A stretch of DNA of 46,638 bases from Octopus sinensis (Eukaryota). Positions 39,735 to 46,638 of this stretch are shown here, one piece after another. The translations under genes were made by a program, and so were the position numbers. Below the pieces are notes generated by a model, which did not search any database, was not told the origin of the DNA, and saw nothing but the letters and a program-made list of their open reading frames with translations. The DNA lies in assembly GCF_006345805.1 (NCBI RefSeq), contig NW_021834910.1:1-46638 (forward strand), read 5' to 3'. Position 1 is the stretch's first letter, and every line of letters starts with the position of its first letter.

Positions 39735-39990
39735 GATTTCAGCGTGGCCTAGTGCTTACGACATTGACTTCACGATCTAGCGATCATGAGTTCTATTACT
39801 GAACCGAGCGGCGCGGTAAGTTCTTGAGTTCATTGAGTTCATTTCACATGGCTTCTGTGCCTCCTGATTAGTGAGAATGATGGCGTGCTCGACAGCCAGT
39901 GGTGTTGGATCATGCAAATAGTTAGAACGATTTAGAGCGCGTTGTGAATAGCGATGAAAAACAACATCCGATAGTCTGATCACGAGATAT
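39735..39990 (+). mobile_element. Degenerate tRNA-derived SINE
   Basis: A-box-like GCGTGGCCTAGTGCTTA head and TTCTTGAG..TTCATTTCAC body resembling family 3. Confidence 0.45.
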
Positions 39991-40009
39991 GTACATATAT
40001 ACATATATG

Positions 40010-40195
40010 TATGCATACAAAACACACACACAACAAAAAGAACAAACGCAAACACGAAAAGCAACAACGCGAGGACTTGGTACATGTAATGTATTAGCAG
40101 ACAGTCAGGAAAAGAAAGAAAGATGGTTTAACCTTTCGAACAGATGCTCTTCTTCGGAAGCAGAGGAAAGTCCAAAGGAATGGAAGACGATGCAC
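40010..40195 (-). mobile_element. Penelope-like hammerhead cassette, degenerate
   Basis: Homologous to 30641-30845; minus strand CCGAAGA-A-GAGC(AUCU)GUUC-GAAAG-GUU at ~40124-40162; abuts a SINE family 1 head at 40198-40362. Confidence 0.65.
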
Positions 40196-40383
40196 ATATA
40201 TACGACGATCTTCTTTCCATCTACCTGATCCACTCACAAGACTTTGGTCGGCCCGAGGCTATACTAGATGATATATGCAATATATGCACAAAGTGTCACA
40301 AAGTGGAACTGAACCCAGAACCATGTGGTTGGGAAGCAAGTCTCTTACCACACAGCCAAGCCTGTGGCTATGGGATATATATA

Positions 40384-40421
<38 letters not shown>

Positions 40422-40670
40422 GATAGATAGATAGATGATAGATAGATATATTTCACATAAAAAAGTTGAAATAACTAACATCTAAGTTACATAGATCGTT
40501 CATATTGTACACGTTAGTGAAGAAACTTGAGAAGGTAACGAATGGGAGGCATGTAGAGGCAAGGGTGATGTAATGATGAGGGTGGTGCTGCTAACGATGT
40601 TGATATTGTGGCACCCAGTAGTGGTGGGGGGGCGTGTAGGAATATCTGAGTAGTTAAGAAATTCCCTTCA

Positions 40671-40900
40671 AGGCGGCGAGCTGGCAGAAACGTTAGCACG
40701 CTGGGCGAAATGCTTAGCGATATTTCGTCTGCTGTTACGATCTGAGTTCAAATTCCGCCGAGATCGACTTTGCCTTTTATCCTTTCGGGGTCGATAAATT
40801 AAGTACCAGTTACGCACTGGGGTCGATCTAATCGACTTAATCTCTTTGTCTGTCCTTGTTTGTCCCCTCTGTGTTTAGCTCCTTGTGGGCAATAAAGAAA
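40671..40900 (+). mobile_element. SINE family 2 (long-3' variant), full length with 16-bp TSD
   Basis: TAAGAAATTCCCTTCA (40655-40670) and TAAGAAGTACCCTTCA (40901-40916). Confidence 0.92.
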
Positions 40901-40971
40901 TAAGAAGTACCCTTCATAAATGAAATTCTAGGTTCGTGTAGTATCTAGAAACGAGTAATGCCCGCCGAATT

Positions 40972-43050
<2,079 letters not shown>

Positions 43051-43333
43051 CAAATGAAAGAATACCTTCTTAACTAAATTACAATAGATTATTCTGCTTA
43101 ATTTTTAGACTGTAGCGCCATATTGCTATCAACTTCGGCAATATGCTCCTAATTATTTTCTTAATTTTTTTCCCCGTTTAAACTTAATTTCTACATTTAA
43201 TCTCGCTTTGGTATTTTTTCATTACTTTTTCTTGCCCAATTGTTTTTTAGTCATTAAATAACAGTAAAGTTTATTGCTGTTACTACGACTACTACTACTG
43301 CTACTGCTGCTGCTGCTGCTACTACTACTACTA

Positions 43334-43377
<44 letters not shown>

Positions 43378-43728
43378 TATTCAGAGGCTGATTCATATTG
43401 CATGTATAGGTATTGGTTACGTGCAGATTTTTTATATCGTATTGTTTTGCTATCATGTGATGTTGAAAGATCTCATTATTATATGTACGCAATGTTCAGC
43501 AATGCTACTTTCTGATGAGTTTATATATGTGCAAGTTATGGGATTCTGGTTACGCATTTCATTGCATTATTTAACTCTTCCTAAGACGTATACTATCACA
43601 TGGAGTGTTTCTAGTTTCTACCTATCATATTTTGATTATACCGTTATATTCAAAGTACTCCCTACAATATGTTTATTGTGTTCGGTAATGCTATGATCTG
43701 AAAGATATATATATATATATATACATAC

Positions 43729-43778
<50 letters not shown>

Positions 43779-44215
43779 TTTTCAATATTGCAAACCAAAA
43801 ATCATGAACATAGAAGAAACTATACAGTAACCTCTATTATTGTAAGCAGTTTTATGAATGTGTTATCTAATTACCATTACTGTATTAATAAATAAAATAA
43901 CACATGCATCTGATTTATTATTGTCATATAATAAACAAACAAATTCATTTATAAAATTAATCTTTTTTCTATTTAATTATTACATGTTTTTTCTCTTACA
44001 ACAATATTATATAATTGCCATTGCTGTATTAATAAATAAAATAGCGCATACAACTCACTTATTATTGTCATATAATAAACAAACAGATGTTGATCTTTTT
44101 TCTACTTCAATTATTCTATATTTTTCTCTTATAAAAAATACGCACATACAGGAAGCGTAAATTATATATATAATAATACTTTGAATGTGGTTCCCGAGAA
44201 ATAGTAAAAGTAATT

Positions 44216-44244
44216 GCCCGAACAACGACGGGTGTTACTGCTAG
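44216..44244 (+). mobile_element. Helitron-type 3' terminus
   Basis: GCCCG-AACAACGA-CGGGT hairpin, 7-nt spacer, CTAG, followed by T. Confidence 0.65.
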
Positions 44245-44259
44245 TATATATACCTGTGC

Positions 44260-44465
44260 CTGTATGTGTGTGTATTTATGTGTGTGTCTTTGTGTCTGTG
44301 TTTGTTCCTCTACCAGCCGTTCGGCAAAAGAAACCGAGGGAATAAGTACTTGGCTTACAAAGAAAAAGTCCTGCGGTCGATTTCTTGGACTAAAACCCTT
44401 TAAGATAGTGCTCCAGCAAGGCCGCAGTGAAATGTCTGAAACAAGTAAAAGAATAAGAGAATAAA
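44260..44465 (+). mobile_element. SINE family 1, 3' half
   Basis: CGTTCGGCAAAAGAAACCGA...GTGCTCCAGCAAGGCCGCAG...GAAACAAGTAAAAGAATA. Confidence 0.75.
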
Positions 44466-44640
44466 AGAATATGTGTGTGTGTGTCTGTGTGAGTGAGAGT
44501 GTGATGGTTTTGATCCTCATCGTCGTTTTAACATCTACTTTTCCATGCTCATATGGATCAGGAGGATTTCATTGAAGGAGATTATATATGGCTGGATGTC
44601 CTTCCAGTCGCCAACTTAAATATATTTCCAAATAATAATA

Positions 44641-44700
<60 letters not shown>

Positions 44701-44732
44701 TAATAATAATAATAATAACAGCAATAACAATA

Positions 44733-44790
<58 letters not shown>

Positions 44791-45009
44791 TGATGATGAT
44801 GAGAATGATGAGAATGATGATGATGATGATGATTATGGGGGTGGTGATGATGATGATGATGTACTTTATCTGTACTTTAATTTGCAGACTTTGAAAGGCT
44901 GAAAGGAAAATTTGACTTACGCAGGATTTGAACTCAGAACGGTTGAATTAAGTCGATGATCTAACTATTCTACTTATCCATCAAATTTTAATAATTATTA
45001 TACTCTCGT

Positions 45010-45380
45010 TTACCCTTTTACTTGTTTCAGTCATTTGACTGTGGCACTGTCTTTAGTCGAGCCAAACGACCTCAGGATTTATTCTTTATAAGCCTAGTAC
45101 TTATTCTATCGGTCTTTTTGCCGAACCGCTAAGTTACGGGGACGTAAACACACCGGCATCGGTTGTTAAGCGATGTTGGGGAAGAAACACAGACTCACAA
45201 ACATATACACACACATACATATATATACGACGGGGCTTCTTTCAGTTTCCGTCTGTCAAATCCACTCACAAGGCCTTGGTCGGCCAGAGGCTATAGCAGA
45301 AGACACTTGCCCAAGGTGCCACGCAGTGGGACTGAACCCGGAACTATGTTGTGGGTAAGCAAGCTACTTATCACAGCGCC
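45010..45380 (-). mobile_element. SINE family 1, near full length
   Basis: CTTTTACTTGTTTCAGTC...GGGACTGAACCCGG...AAGCAAGCTACTTA. Confidence 0.88.
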
Positions 45381-45714
45381 ATATATTTAAATTAGTTACA
45401 AACACTAAAATTAATGAAGCGGGAGTAGTTGTGACCACAGACTCGACCCAAGATTTTGGCTTGTACATTATTTTATTGATACGAACATGTTACTAGCTGA
45501 AATATATTTGAGACATATTCGAACTATCAAGAAACCCGTTCACAGCATCTCCAACATTCTAGTTCGTGTGCATTGTTGGATTACTTGGTGTATTTATATC
45601 TATTTGTCGACATCGAGAAATTTTCTCCATAACAAAATACAGTGTATAATATTTGTGCGTGTTGGAATTTGCCAGAAGTATACTTGAAATGGTTGCAACT
45701 TAGTATTTTATTCG

Positions 45715-46613
45715 CATCACAACTTAGATCTGTCAACCCGTATATTATTTCATCGATCCCGAAAGAGAAAAAGCGAGGGCTCACCTCGGTGTTATTTGAA
45801 CTTAGGACATACAGAGCTGGAAGAAATACTTGCCATTTTTCATGACGCCTTAACGATTCTGCCGCGATACAAAAATGAAATGAAAGAAAGAAAACATTGA
45901 AAAAGACGAAAACAAAGACCCAACGCCAAGAAATCAACAAATACTTGGCTACAACATTATGTTGTCAACCCCACGAGGAGAAAATATAAAATTCACATTG
46001 GCGTGATTTGAACTTAGATCATGGAGGTAATACTATAAAACTTTTTATACGACGCCTTAACGATTGTTTTAAATAATCCTTTCTACTATAGGCACAAAGC
46101 CTGAAATTTGGTGTAAGGGGGCTAGTCGATTAGATCGACCTCAGTATTTCACTGGTACTTAATTTATCAACCCCGAATTGTTTTAAATAATCTTTCTAAT
46201 CTAGGCACAAAGCCCGAAATTTTTGGGAGAGAGAGCAGTCGATTAAATCGACCCCAATACGCAAATGGTACTTAATTTATCGACCCCGAAAGGATGAAAG
46301 GCAAAGTCAATCTCGGCAGGATTTGAGATCAGAACGCAGCGACGGGCGAAATACCGCTAAGCATTTCGTCTAGTGCGCTAACTATTCTTATTTCGTTATT
46401 GCCCACAAGAGGCTAAACATAGAGGGGACAAACAAAGAAGAGAAGACAAACGGATTAAGTCGATTACATCGACCCCAGTGCGTAAATGGTACTTCCGAAA
46501 GGATGAAAGGCAAAGTTGACCTCGGCGGGATTTGAACCCAGAAGACAGCGACGGGCGAAATATCGCTAAGCATTTCGGCCAGCATGCTAAAGATTCTGCC
46601 AGCTCATCGCCTG
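45715..46613 (-). mobile_element. Cluster of about five stacked or nested SINE family 2 copies
   Basis: Copies start at ~45715, ~45960, 46078, 46192 and 46386; ATTGTTTTAAATAAT occurs three times. Confidence 0.85.
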
Positions 46614-46638
46614 GATTGTTTTAAATAATGTGAAGGCG

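Noticed and set aside
43510-43530. CTGATGAG hammerhead-like heptamer (also at ~9916)
   Set aside because: No helix II followed by GAAA and no cleavage triplet
43274-43696. 140-aa hydrophobic ORF
   Set aside because: First third is (CTA)n/(CTG)n; the rest has no recognisable motif, and one ORF of this length is plausible by chance in this window
43699-43784. TGAAAGAT-(TA)n-ATCTTTTTCA quasi-palindrome
   Set aside because: Non-TA arms are too short and imperfect to distinguish from chance

Overview
Eukaryotic, AT-rich, microsatellite-saturated, apparently non-coding DNA (intronic or intergenic). The SINE families and repeat content resemble an octopod cephalopod genome (inference from recalled repeat sequences, not verified by a search). 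I could not support any host-gene exon. The window is a nested mobile-element landscape. It holds six pieces of R4/Dong-clade non-LTR retrotransposons (RT + restriction-like endonuclease) from at least three subfamilies, all on the + strand, ending at (AAT)n and stacked head-to-tail. It also holds about 30 SINE copies or fragments from at least three tRNA-derived families, three ~200-bp cassettes with minimal Penelope-type hammerhead ribozyme motifs at TA-rich sites, two mariner relics, a CR1-like RT fragment, Helitron remnants and several TA-bounded duplications or fold-backs. The most notable signals are: a covarying hairpin at a nearly fixed distance (36-39 nt) from the 3' end of five Dong copies; the hammerhead cassettes nested in SINE microsatellites; and a ~540-bp element of unknown class embedded in (AAT)n. 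Coordinates of degenerate elements are approximate.
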